A stretch of 64,000 nt of DNA from the NCBI RefSeq assembly GCF_018350175.1, contig NC_058382.1:51400001-51464000 (forward strand), in the 5' to 3' direction. The DNA is from Felis catus (Eukaryota). Below the pieces are notes generated by a model. It worked only from the letters and a program-made list of their open reading frames with translations. It searched no databases and had not been told where the DNA came from. Of this stretch, positions 23,661-36,460 are shown piece after piece (the first letter of the stretch is position 1; each line of letters opens with the position of its first letter). A program made the position numbers and the translations under genes.

Positions 23661-26600
23661 CATGGATAGTTGTTCAAACTGATGTGTCTACGAGGGGTCG
23701 AGCGCTGGCAACTTCTCCACCTTCCTGCGGACGGAACTCTCCGCTCAGTAGGTTTGTTTTTCAACCCTGTGTTAATTTCATTCCATCCCATTTTTTGAGA
23801 GACGTCAGAAATGCTATTTTGTACAGAACAGCTTTTGGACGGCAGCTAAGAAGTGGCCGCCCCCACCCCTCCCCACTGTCCCAAGTTGCTCATTCCCTGA
23901 CTAGTCTGGTGCCTGTGGACATTTGGCTTTGAGGCCTCTGCCTTAATTCAGCCCTATATTTGATGTACTGCTTATGTAAGACTCATGTCTCATTATCCAA
24001 GGCATTTCTTTTTCCTTTTTTTTCTATCTGCCAGATTACCCAGCACAATGCCAACTCCACATATGTGCCACACACAAATGTAGCTATTAAGGAAAAGGAA
24101 TCTAGTTATGAATGGAGAGACTACAGTGAGCAAAGGGAAAAAGAAGTGGGATTCTGCGTCCGGACTCAGATTCAAGTTCTGAGTCCACACGTTAAAATCT
24201 CCGCAACTTTTCATTTATCTGCATTCCCCCCCCCCCCCCTTAGCCTCAATTTCCTGCATTGTAAAACGAGAATAAGAGAATTCTTTTTTTTTTTTTTTTT
24301 TTTAATAGCATCGCTTGGGGTTTATCAGGAAATGCCTGAAAAGCACACTGCTTGGTGACAGAGCTTCACTAAGAGATCAATGAGTGGTCACTGCATGAGG
24401 CAGGGAGATGAACACAGCTTTCTTGGAAGGCTGGAGAAGAAGCCTAGTTTATTTACCTCGTCAAGTCTGTGAGTTTGCAAACACTTGGTGTCTTCATGCA
24501 GAAACAAGCTACGGAAGCCTGCCATGGGTAAACATTTCTGTTCTGTGAACCAAACTGCCCTTCTGTAGCATCCAGATGACTACTCCAAACAGATGTCACA
24601 GATGGAGAAGGGGAGCCTGGGGGCAAAAATAGCAAATGACCTTTTGCGTTAAATTAAACTAATACTCTCCATCCAGATTCGGCTTCAGAAAGACACAAAT
24701 AAGACAGGATGTTAGACAAACACATATGCTGTTAACTCGTTAACATATAACTGAGGGATTAATTGAGCGTGTGCAGCGATTTCCAAGTTTTGCTTGATGC
24801 TCTCATAGATTTCCTTGGCTCATCCGACAGTCATGCGAATTCTCTTCCTGTTACAAGCTAGTGTGGCAGGAAGATGAGAAGGAGCTTTCTTGCCAAGTGT
24901 TGGGTCACTTCCATCTGATATCAACAGTTACGTATTAGTCTGTCGTGGGTCGTGGATCAGTTTACAGACTTGTTCAAATGTCAGATGGCTCGGGCCACCC
25001 TTGTCCTGGGATAAGTTGTATTTTCAATAAGCCTTGTACGTGTAGGCTTCCAGATCACTGTTAAAAACGGACAGGTAGTTCTCGGGAGCAATTTCCAAGG
25101 CAATATTCAAGAGCAGGCACCGGAAGGCAGCTCTGTCACAAGCCAGCCACTCATGCCACATACCCATTCTTTCGTTTTATCATAAAGCGTTGTACGTGCA
25201 GTGAATTGTGCCTGCCCTCATGTCTCTCCTTTGATCAGAGATTACAGACTGCATATCTGGTTTCCCAGGATCATATCGAGAAAATCAGCAAGATGCTGAG
25301 TTCTTTAACTTCTGCCCAAAACAAAGGGTTCCATTTGATTCTCCAAGCATAGCTAAGATAACATGTGAACTGAGATGACAGTCACTATCTTACCTTTATC
25401 CAGCAATGACCAAGACTATACGTAAAATGGTACGTCTTCTGTCTAGTTGTTGACGTATTTGACGACCTCGACCCTCATCTGGGTGCTGTGGCTTCAGCTA
25501 CCCAGCGTGAGTGAGAAAGATGGTACGTGCTCCTGAGTCCCTCTGGCTTTATCTCTATTACTCCCTCTCCCCACCCCCACTCTTTAATTCTTCATAAGCA
25601 GGCTGGCTTTCCTGTTGTTATTTAAACTTGTCAAACCTGTTTCTGACTTTCTCCAGGAGGAATACTGTAAACCCCACGCTCTCTATAAGGCTGGATTTAC
25701 TTTCTCAGAAAACTCTTCCCTGACCATTTAATCAAAAACACCTCTCCACAGGTCATGATGGTGGGCAACACCGTGGTCATGCCATCGACTGGAACCAAAT
25801 GTTTGCATTCAAATTCTGGCTCCACTACTTGTAAGACTTGTGACCTTGGCTGAGTTATTTGACCCTTTGGGCCTCAGTTTTCCTGAAAAGAAATGAAGGT
25901 TTCGGCTTGCTTGGAGCATTAGCGACATTAATATACGTAAACCACCTAGAAGAGCGTCTGACACATAGTGAGTGCCTGGCTGGCCTATTTCATTTGCGGT
26001 TTCATTGCCTCCAGGTATCAGATGTTTCAACTGACTGGTTATCTTTCTCACTAGTATGTGGGGTAGTAGAGAGAAGGGACCCTGTATGTTCTTGTCCCAA
26101 TTTTTATCCCTAGCTTCCTGGCACTGAGAGTGGTGTCTGAGGCATGATGGATTCTGACCAAGTATCTGTTGACTGAATGAACGATGTCCAAGCGACGCTT
26201 TGGTGACAAGACTGCAGCCATTAATGATGCTGGCAGCAGTCAACTAAGAAGTCATTACTTAGAGAACCGGGGACGCCATTTAATAATGAGTAAAAGCAAG
26301 AGGGCCCCAAACCTTGCATTATCTAATGCCATAAAATGCATATAAGATTACAGCCTATGAGAGGAGTTTGGGTTTATTTTGGTTGTTTCTGTTTTGGAGG
26401 AGGGGGAAGGGTGAGGGCAGGTTCGGAAAACTCCCCACATCACAGCACATGACTGTCAGATTAATTCATCCAACAAATATTTAATACTTATAAGGGGCTA
26501 GGCATGGACCTAGGAACGAAACCGCCCTGGCCCCTGCCTCAGGGTGTTCAGCTTCTGACCAAGGGGACCAAGTGTTAAACAGACGTCACAAGACAGCCTC

Positions 26601-27449
26601 TTTCTGCCCCGTTCCATATGCCTACCCGCCCCCCGACCCCCCAGGAGCTGGGGAGATCACTGAAGGGGCACCTAAGATTTCTTCAAAGAAGGGGTATGGA
26701 AGCTGGGTCTTTAATAAGGCTAGTGTCAGCCAGGTGAACCGGGCAGGGGAGGGAGAATAACCAGCTGAGGAGCTAGCAAGGCAGGTGGGGTGGGGTGGGG
26801 AGGGAAGGGATATCCAGGTGAGGGAGCAAAGTTGAAGGGCGCAGCAGCCTGCAGCTATTTGATTGGTCAAGCATAGAATGGTTATGTGCACCAGCATGTA
26901 TATGCTTTGGGGGGTGGAAAGAGGCAGATTTTTTTTTTAAGCCCTAAGTGGAAAAAAGATAATGTGAAACCCGTATGCAATGATGAACAAAAACGACATT
27001 ATTAGTAAAAACTTAACCAGCTGACATTGAAACAGCCAGAATTTCACAACGTGAGATAAAACCCCAAAAGCCATTCTGTTCATTAAAGCTGGCGACTTTG
27101 GACTTTATCCTGAGAAAATTGGAGAGTCATTCAGGGATCTTAATCCCGACGAGAGCTAGTGTAGGTGAAATGCGTAAGACGGATCAAAAGGAAGACTAGA
27201 CCCCATCAGAGGCTTTGCTTGGGTTTCTGGAAGAGAAAATGGCAACAGAAACCAAGCAATGAAGGCAAAGAGGGAGTAAACACATGTTTAAAAATTAAGG
27301 TTGTAGACTTATAAGGGTTTAATTACTGAGAGTGGGTAGGTGAAGAAGGTACTCAGACCCCTTTTGGGGGCAACTGGGTAGACGAAAGGCGAAGAATCAC
27401 TCAACCCTGCTGACTTCCTGTAGACAGCCCCTTGAACCCGTCAAATGTA

Positions 27450-27632
27450 TAGTGTCCAATACAATAGCCACCAGCTATGTGTGGCTACTTACATTTACAT
27501 TTAACTCATTTAAATGAAATAAAACCAAAAGCACAGCTTCTGAGTCACACTAGCCACATTTCAAGCGCTCGTCAACCACCTGTGGCTAGCAGCTACCGTA
27601 GTGGACAGTGTAGAAAGTTCTATTGGACACAC
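27450..27632. mobile_element. MER3-like hAT MITE
   Basis: Near-palindromic layout agtgtccaata...tattggacacact with internal tagccac/gtggcta. Confidence 0.7.
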
Positions 27633-28115
27633 TGTGTCACTATCCTACCATCAGTTTCATCCAATAAATTGTCGCTGATCTTATACATTTAGATTTTGTT
27701 TTCCTTTTAAGTCTAAAAGGTGTCAGGCTACTTGTACATACAGAAACCTCCATCTACCTACAGGTATAAATTAAATGCCACTGTACACGTGCATTTGGAA
27801 GAGAAATGTGGTAAGATGAGAAACCAACCTTACACAATTTCTCAGTCCTAGAGAAGGTAAAAGAGGCTTGCGGCAAACAAGTTGGAACCTGGCAAGGTCA
27901 AGCAACAATTATTTGGGTGTTCCTGATAAAGCATTAACAGCCATGGGGAGAGGAGGGGTCAACAATAAGGATCTATCGATCTCCCTTTTAATCCCTGTAA
28001 AGGGCTTTATGAACAATTACAATCTGCTAGAGTTAGAAATAATGGGAATTATAATACCCAAAAACAATAGCAAAAACGACAATGACAATTTGGTTCCAAA
28101 ATTGAACAGAAGGAT

Positions 28116-28324
28116 GGGGCGCCTCCGTGGCTCAGTCAGTTAAGCATCCAACTCTTGGTTTCAGCTGAGGTCATGATCTCGCAGTTTCCTGAGTCTGAAC
28201 CCCGCCATGGGGACTGCTGTGGCAGTGTGGAGCCTGCCGGGGATTCTCTCTCCCCCTCTCTCTGCCCGCCCCCCGACTCGTGCTATCTCTGTCTCTCTCA
28301 AAATGAATGAATAAACTTAAATTC
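28116..28324 (+). mobile_element. Can-SINE (older)
   Basis: Head ggggcgcctccgtggctcag and a degenerate TSD. Confidence 0.88.
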
Positions 28325-29239
28325 AAACTGAACATAAGGGAAAGCTAGTGTTTTCTTCATGCACAGTGAAGGCAAGGGGGACTCAGGGGTTCCTTTCCAA
28401 TCAACAAATACTCCACTTTCGGACTTTTGAAAGGGCCTCACAAAGGGGTAAGGTGGCCTGGTGGATTTGACAGAGGCACCCCAACTTTGAGAAATGTAAT
28501 TCACACTGCTATTAATAAAATATGTTCCACTAACCGCCTATGTTCATAGACACTTTAATACCAGAAAGCCCCTCTCACGTACGTGACAGTCACACAGAAG
28601 TTGAACAAAGGTGATGCGAAGCATTTAATCGAATTGTTGACCGCATACAATGTGCCAGTCACAACCAGTAATGTTGGTAACCGCCTATGGCTGGTGAGGA
28701 TATGGATAACCTTCCCTCATCGGTAGGGCTTCATGAGAATCCTCTGGTCTAAGTAGATCTGAGGAAGGACCCAGGGAGCCATAGCACCAGAGGAGACAGA
28801 AGGAAGGCTCATGAAACTTACCTTTGTGCAAACCAGAAACCATACTATGTCTTCTTCCCGACTCAATCAACAGTTAGTAAATGGGGTTTGAGATGGGATT
28901 GGAAGGTGAGTAGGAAGGGGGGGGGGGGAGCCGAAGTCCTCTGAAATCCCTCTAAAGCCCACAGGGCCTGGCCCTTGCCTACCTCCAAGCCCTCACCAAG
29001 GAGCCTCTCCTCCAGCCGCCCACCCAGTGCGGCTCCACCGCGTGGCCTCGCTGGTTTCTCAGGCCAGACATGCTTCCTCCTCCTACAGAACATGTGCACA
29101 AGCCATTCCCTTCTCCTAGTTAAGAGGAGAAGCCCCTTAACTCTCTTGCCCCTACCTCTCTGTTTGATCACTGTTTTCTTTAGGGCTATCTCCCCTCAAT
29201 CCCCCTCCACCAAGCATGCCTTCACTGTACCACACGTCT

Positions 29240-29282
29240 TTCATGTGAAGCATTTACTGATGTATGTGTGTGTGTGCACACG

Positions 29283-29332
<50 letters not shown>

Positions 29333-29491
29333 GAGAGTGAATGAGGGGCAGACAGAGAGAAAGAGAATCTTAACCAGGCTCTATGCTCAGTGCAGAACCA
29401 GACCGGGGGCTCAATCCCATGACCCTGGGATCATGACCTGAGCTGAAGTCAACAGTCAGACACTCAAATGACTGAGCCACCCAGGAGCCCC
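29240..29491 (-). mobile_element. Can-SINE with an anomalously oriented (CT)n tract
   Basis: Minus-strand head ending ...gagccacccaggagcccc. Confidence 0.85.
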
Positions 29492-29636
29492 AGGAATATC
29501 CCTTTTAAAAAGCCCATCATTCCATCTCTAGCACCTACCAAAGGCTCTGACATTGAGTAGGAGTTAAATAAATAATAATAAAAGGATGGGATGGACAAGG
29601 ACAAACAAGAGTATGGAGAAAAAGGGAAAGGTTTTT

Positions 29637-29820
29637 GGGGGTATCTGGGTGGCTCAGTCGTCTGACTTTAGCTCAGGTCATGATTTCACGGCTCGTGAGT
29701 TCAAGCACCACGTTGGGCTCCGCACTGACAGCTCAGAGTCCAGAGCCTGCTTCTGAATTCTGTGTCTCCCCCACTCTCTCTCAAATAAACACTAAAAAAA
29801 AAAATTTTTTTTTTTGTTTT
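29637..29820 (+). mobile_element. Can-SINE
   Basis: Head gggggtatctgggtggctcag. Confidence 0.88.
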
Positions 29821-31056
29821 GAGAAAGGAAAAGCCTTTGGGCATATTTGGACTTATTCTAGAAAAACGTGATAGACAGGATTACTGCTCATGTCCCTACC
29901 ACTGCTACTACAAGGAGTGTTACTGTTACTACAAGCTCCAGGGTTAGTAGTGGTTCTCTTTGACATTCAGGAAACACTTACTGCTATGAACCAGGCAGGG
30001 CGCCAGGCTGTCTCACTGACCTGATAGCACTCCGGGGTAAGAAAAATTCCATTAATATTTTGTAGATGAGGAAACCAAGCCTCAGAAAAAGTTAAGCCAC
30101 TTGCCCACGGCCACCCAGCTGGTCTGGGAGAGCCAGAATTTCTAGCGGTCACCTGAGAACCAAACTCAAGCCCTAGACCACACTGGTCTATAACTCTCTA
30201 CCATATTCCACCCAAGTCTCCTAGAGCATCAAAGAATTTTTAATCTCTAGACATTCCCATTGAGTAAATAAAGCTATTGCCGCTTCACAGTGATGGAAGC
30301 CAAGAGGTTAATCGACTTACTGGGTTTGCTACAAAGGGAAATCTGAAATATCAGCAGAAAAAAAAAAATCAATATGGCTTCAAACTGCTGCAAATTAAAA
30401 ACAGATCGCAGCCTTTTTACCAAAATATGACTACATTTCAGCATAAAGTCATTTAAAAATAACTGTTTCCAGACACCATATGGGGTATGTACCAGTTTCA
30501 CATGATTAGTATAATTTTTGAAGGAAGTTGTTATCAGAACCACAAAGTTGAAAAACTATTTTCAACCAAACCGCAGGAAATAGTCGAAGGTAAAAACCTT
30601 AATGAGAAAACAAACGTTGAGGGGAAGACAACAGATCAGGAGCAAACCTGCAAAGAGCAAGCTCTAAATTCTGGCACATGGGAGGGATCTCGATTCCCAG
30701 AGAGCGCGTGAGAAAAGAGGATAGGTTTATTTCGTGAGCCAAAGTCACAGGGCAGGTGAACTCCCAAAACAGTATGGCTTTCACAGAGTTGCCCACTGAA
30801 GGCTATCCCAGCTTTGTCCACTAAGCACGTGACAATCTGCATGGCATTTTAAGACACTCTTATTATCCTAGATCTAATACTATTGATTCCACAGGAAGAG
30901 AAAATAGTCTCAGAACCTGTTTCGCAGAGTGGAAAGAAGACAAATCAACCATGGGGAAGGGAGGAAACTTGGTGCATTTAGTTATCTCTGTGTAGTGAAA
31001 GAGAAATGGGCAGGATCCTCATTTTCCCAGTTACCTTAAAAGTAGAAAAGTCCCTT

Positions 31057-31293
31057 GGGGCGCCTGGGTGGCGCAGTCGGCTAAGCGTCCGACTTCAGCC
31101 AGGTCACGATCTCATGGTCCGTGAGTTCGAGCCCCGCGTCGGGCTCTGGGCTGATGGCTCAGAGCCTGGAGCCCGTTACAGATTCTGTGTCTCCCTCTCT
31201 CTCTGCCCCTCCCCCGTTCATGCTCTGTCTCTCTCTGTCCCAAAAATAAATAAAAAACGTTGAAAAAAAAAAAAAAACCTCTAAAAAAAAAAA
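31057..31293 (+). mobile_element. Young Can-SINE
   Basis: Perfect TSD aaaagtagaaaagtccc and a long A tail. Confidence 0.96.
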
Positions 31294-31391
31294 AAAAGTA
31301 GAAAAGTCCCCAGGAAATTCTGGTACTTGAGGGAGAGGTGGCCACACACTGGTAACACAGAGATGTACTTTGTTTTGTCTACAGAGGGCTT

Positions 31392-31613
31392 TTTATTTTT
31401 TTAAAGTTTATTTATTTTGAGAGACAGTGTGTGTGTGTGAAAGCGTGCAAGCAGGGGAGGGGCAGTGAGAGAGGGAGAGACAGAATCCCAAGCAGGCTCT
31501 AGGCTGTCAGTACAGAGCCCGATGCGGGGCTCAATCCCATGAACGGTGAGATCATGACCTGAGCCGAAATCAGGAGTCAGATGCTTAACCGACTGAGCCA
31601 CCCAGGCCCCCCC
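31392..31613 (-). mobile_element. Can-SINE
   Basis: Minus-strand head; TSD acagag(g/a)gctt. Confidence 0.92.
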
Positions 31614-31649
31614 AACAGAGAGCTTCTTACAAAAGCAATAAATAAGTCG

Positions 31650-31790
31650 CCTACGTTAAACATGGGTCTCGGCCCCACCCTGGTCTCAGCCCCCTACGTG
31701 CCTGCGGCATCCCCCTCCTCCCCAAGATGGGATGACCAAAAATGTCCCCAGACGTTGCCAAACGTCCCCGGGGGGGCAAAATCGTCCAGT
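31650..31790. mobile_element. MER20-like hAT fragment
   Basis: accaaaaatgtccccagacgttgccaaacgtccccggggggggcaaaatc matches the recalled MER20 end. Confidence 0.7.
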
Positions 31791-33149
31791 AGCTCTTAGA
31801 CCTGCTGTTCTAGGTCGAAAACTGATGGGGATGGGTCCACAAGTAGACATTCAAAAACTGAAGAGAGGGAGCATTGAGAATCTGTATCTAGAAGTTTGGG
31901 TTTGGTGAGGGGTAAAGTCCTAGAGTGCCTGCTGCAGGAAGATGCTATAAATAAGCCCATCTGTTTATGTATATATGGAAACAGAGGCGACATAAACCCG
32001 GAGAGGGGCCACCCGCACTCTGACCTGCCAGCAGCTCTTCAGGGCCAGAAACTACCGCTCTAGGTGGGAAAGTGCCTTCTATTCTACACCCACCTTCATT
32101 CCATGTGGGTCTGCGGTCACCTGCCGGGAGCTCAGGGGGCCGCCCCTCTGCTTGGGTTTAGTGATAAGCCCATCTCTGTCCCGCCCAGGAAAATCAGCCC
32201 CACACACTCGGCTGGATCTCATGCTAAAGGTCTGTCTTTAGTCTGAGATTATTAAACTGGGGGAAGAGTGGCACCTGCTCGTGGCCATCCTTGCCGCCAC
32301 TTATGGAGGCGGGAGGGGAAGAATCCAACACCCAAGAGATGGAGAGAGGCCAGGTCCTGAAGACCTCCTCGTTTAGCACCTGAACCCAGCAGAGGCCAGG
32401 CCAGATTTTCCTGTTCCACTGAAATCAGATGAGTCAGCTTTTCACTCTTGAAACACAAGCTTCGGGAAGCCAGAGGGGGTCTTAGGTCTTTATAGGTTTC
32501 CTTTCCCAAAAGAAGATGAAACTAAGGGATGTCTGTTGTTTTCTCTAATTCTCGGGAGGAGCCTCCTTGCTGGTGTTGGGACGCTGGGAAGTTGCTTAAT
32601 CTCTCTGAGCTTCAGTTGTTTCAATTATGAAATGGGGGAGATGTTGCCACATACATCATGGAGTTGTCTTGGGCTGTGTTAATGTTGTCCACCCAAAGTA
32701 TAGTGCCTGGGTTATACCAAGTGCTACGTACATGATACGTAACCATAATTACTATTCAGTAAGTCACTGTGACTTAATCACCACCGCCACCACCACGACC
32801 CCCCCCCCCCCGAATTACAACTGGAATCAGCCTGAATAATACTGTCACTTACACAAACTAATTAAAGATAACCGTGCTATCTACGATCTAGAATCCTATG
32901 TGCATCGATCTCTAAGAAGAGAGCGGCTTATGTGAACACGTGGCCAGCCTATCAGTCTTTAAAATGAGCAAAAAGACTTTCTATTACCAAGAAGTATCTG
33001 GTGGACCTGATCAGAGAGAGGGAATCGATGCCCACAGAGCTCTCAAATAAGCTGATAAAATCTAAAATGGGGACCTCTGATCCTGCACAGTGGAAAACCC
33101 ACCATCTGATTCGGGTCCTCATGGAAAATCTCTATGATGCTTCGCACCA

Positions 33150-33566
33150 CCCCCTACAGCCCCAACTGCAGTGAGCCGTTCAAGGCGGGCTCAGACTTAC
33201 ATCCATCTGGCCACATCCCACCTCAAGCCAGCACCGTGTCTCTGCCCACCTGCCCTTTGGCCGCTTTCTACCATTTGGCCTCCAGCATTGAGAATGGAGT
33301 GAATCAAGACCCCCAGGGCAACCCTCAACTAATAGAGGATGGGACTCCATGAAAGTCACCCTTCCAGGAGGCATTACTATACTTCTCAAAAGATCTCCAT
33401 AGAACTATGCTCCCAGAAGAATCTTCTAGAAAGTACCCAATAACCATGGTTTTTCCTTCCTTATCACGTTCTCCTGTATCTCTCACTTCCGCTTCCTGCG
33501 ATTACCTCCTACCTGCACCTAAATCCTTGTGTCAGTTTCTGCTTTGAGAAAAACCAAATTAAGACA
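33150..33566 (+). mobile_element. ERVL LTR16-like remnant; 5' boundary uncertain
   Basis: 3' end aaatccttgtgtcagtttctgctttgagaaaaccaaattaagaca resembles an LTR16 terminus. Confidence 0.5.
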
Positions 33567-34272
33567 GAGCCAAGGCCCAATAATCCACGATAACAGCAAA
33601 CATGTTTACTGCATGCCAGATGCCATTTCCAGAGCTTTACTTAAATCAATTCCTTCATCTTTGGAAGTGGGTGGTATTACTGACCCCACTTCCACCTGCA
33701 CTTTAGAGGTGTGGAAATCGAGACACAGAACATTTGAGAAAATTGCCACCAAATGGTGGTTCCGGTCTGGCTCCAGAGCCTTAATCACTGTCTTCAGCAG
33801 ACACTAGAACTCAAAATCCCTGCCTTCTTCTAGAACAGTTGAAAACACACAGGTGTAGAAGAACTTCACATATATGGTGTGGTATTCAATTTCCTAAATC
33901 TCCTGTTACGCCACAAAATATGACCCACCATTTGATTCCCACCCAAAGAAAGGCCTACTCCCCTGGGAGATGCCCGGTCCCCCACCCCTGATCACTCTTG
34001 TCCACTTCCTGGAGACAGCACCAGGCACCGGAAGTATTCATTATCCTAAGAGATTGGGGGCACCTTCCTAAACACAGACTCTGACACGGAGGGGGTTCTT
34101 CCAGGTTCCTGCAGATCCCTGTGTGGGTCCTGGAGCATTCGAGCATGGGGAGCGAGAACTAAACCCACGTTTGAGTGCTGGCTGAATTATTACTGGGCCT
34201 TTAAACTCTGAGAGCACACTTGAAGTCCCAGATTGAAGCAGGATATAAACAACTTAAAAAAAATCACCTTGA

Positions 34273-34478
34273 GGGGCGCCTGGGTGGCTCAGCCGGTTGC
34301 ACATCTGACTTTGGCTCAGGTCATGATCTCACAGTTCGTGAGTTTGAGCCGCGCATCGTCAGGCTCTGTGCTGACAGCTCAGAGCCTGGAGCCCACTTCA
34401 GACTCTGTGTCTCCCTCTCTCTCTGCCCCTCCCCCACTCGCATTCTGTCTCTGTCTCTCTCAAAAATAAATAAACGTT
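34273..34478 (+). mobile_element. Can-SINE
   Basis: Head ggggcgcctgggtggctcag and an A tail. Confidence 0.93.
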
Positions 34479-35316
34479 AAAAAAAATCAACTCTAAGTAA
34501 GAGAAGAGTTTATGTACTTTCTTATCTTCTTTGATAAATGAACCTGCATTTGATCAACATGGATCATCAATCTAAAGACTAGCAATAGAAAATATGTTTT
34601 TAGAAAACACAGAAAGTCGGGCTGGATTAACACGGCTGTCCCCCCTCAAAATGAAGGTTTGACCTTCTGGCTCTTATTCTTAAAAAATTATCCGAACTCT
34701 CTGCAGTGTTAAGAGATGCCTGGCTCAACACCAACAACTCCAGCCATGGTTGAATGCCGTGAATTCTTTTACTTCTTCATATGGCTTGTTCATGGAAAAC
34801 ATGCCTACGATACCACAAAAACACAATGTTCGTCAAGTACACAAGAAGCAACTGCTGGGCTAGAATCACATGGCAATACATTATTAATAATTATTGTTTT
34901 TAGCATCACCACCACTATACATTATAACAGACGTTATAATTTTTATGTTAACTGCTTCCAATGTGCCAAGCACGGTTTAAACCTCTATGGGCATCACCCC
35001 AATTTCATTTTCAAAAGAACTATGAGATGGGTAATGTCAACTTTATAGTTAAGATAAGTGATCCACAAGGAGGCTCAGTAACTTGCCCAATATCACGTAG
35101 ATGGTAAGAGGAAAGCATGGTAATTTGTCATTACGAAGGTGCTGGTGCCATTAAGAGGTACAGTAACACATGTAAGTCCCTGGGTAAGATGTGACATTAT
35201 GGTCAATAATGATGGTGGGGATTCATTGAGCATGCTTTCTCTGAGTCTCTTCATTTTTCCATGTGATGATACTTGCATGTAGGGAGTATGTTATCCCTAT
35301 TTAGAAACTAAGGTTT

Positions 35317-35591
35317 TCTTTTTTTGATGTTTACTTATGTATTTTGAGAGAGGGAGAAGGAGGGAGAGAAAGGGGGAGAAGGAGGGAGGGAGGGGGCAGG
35401 GAGAGGGGGAGGGGAGGGGAAGAGAGAGAGAGGAGAGAGGGAGAGGGAGGGAGACAGCGAGGGAGAGAAGGAGGGAGAGAGGGAGGGAGGAGGAAGAGGA
35501 GGAGGGGAGAGAGAGAGAGGAGGGGGAGGGGGAGGGAGAGAGAGTAGGGGAGAGAGGGAGAGAGAGAGAGAGGGAGAGAGGGAGAGAGGGG

Positions 35592-35644
<53 letters not shown>

Positions 35645-35812
35645 CACACATGCAAGCCAGGGAGGGTAAGAGAGAGGGAGAGATAGAATCCAAAGCAATC
35701 TCCACACTGTAGTGCAGAGCCTGACTCGGGGCTTGATGTCGTGAACTATGATCATGACCCAAGCCAAAATCAAAAGTTGGATGCTTAACCAACTGAGCCA
35801 CCCAGGTGCCCC
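35317..35812 (-). mobile_element. Can-SINE with a hugely expanded GA/CT tract
   Basis: Head at 35812, TSD taga(aac/tat)taaggttt, internal purine tract at 35346-35642. Confidence 0.9.
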
Positions 35813-36104
35813 TAGATATTAAGGTTTAAGCCAATTTCCCAGTGTCATGATGCTATTACATGGCAGACGCAGGAGTTGAACTTAAGATTGTCTATGCTCA
35901 GAGCCTGTGCTTTCAACCCACTACCTCGCATGACTGTAGGACTTACGAGGCTGGGAAACGGAGGGTGGGAGGTCCCAGGGACCTATATGGTTGGAAGTCA
36001 GTAACAGCTCCCTTGTTTCTGGATATACAGGTTCCCCTGATGCAATACAGCCTGTTGCTATCTGAGTCAGTCTCTGAACAATGCCTAAACGCTCTTCATG
36101 CCTG

Positions 36105-36460
36105 CAACCACTATATAGACCGTGTTTTCTCCTGTATATTCATACCTATGATAAAGTTTAATTGATAAATGAGGCATACTGAGAGATGAGCGATAATAAT
36201 GAAAGAACAATTATGAAAATATACTGTAAGGACAGCGGTGTGAATGCGGTCTCTCTAAAAAATCTTCTTGCACTGGACCAGCCCTTCTCATGATGATGGG
36301 GGATGATAAAAAGCCTACGTGACGAGACGATACACTGTAGGCAGTGACGTGGTGCTAGGCTACTGCCGACCTTCTGACATTATGTCAGAAAGAGAACCAC
36401 CCGCCTCTGGACCAAGGTTTACTGGGTAACTGCAACTCCCAACAAGTGGGGAAAAGTGTA
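36105..36460. mobile_element. MER44-like TcMar-Tigger remnant
   Basis: atacctatgataaagtttaatt, gcctacgtga and ggctactgccgaccttctgac match the recalled MER44 consensus. Confidence 0.7.

Noticed and set aside
24700..25520. Unassigned sequence with a possible 104-nt cryptic exon (25394-25497, minus; donor AAG|gtaaga)
   Set aside because: The acceptor is weak, there is an in-frame stop, and such sites are expected by chance in a 58-kb intron. No protein similarity was recognised.
35297..35801. Several 100-160 aa ORFs on both strands
   Set aside because: Low-complexity translations of the GA/CT tract.
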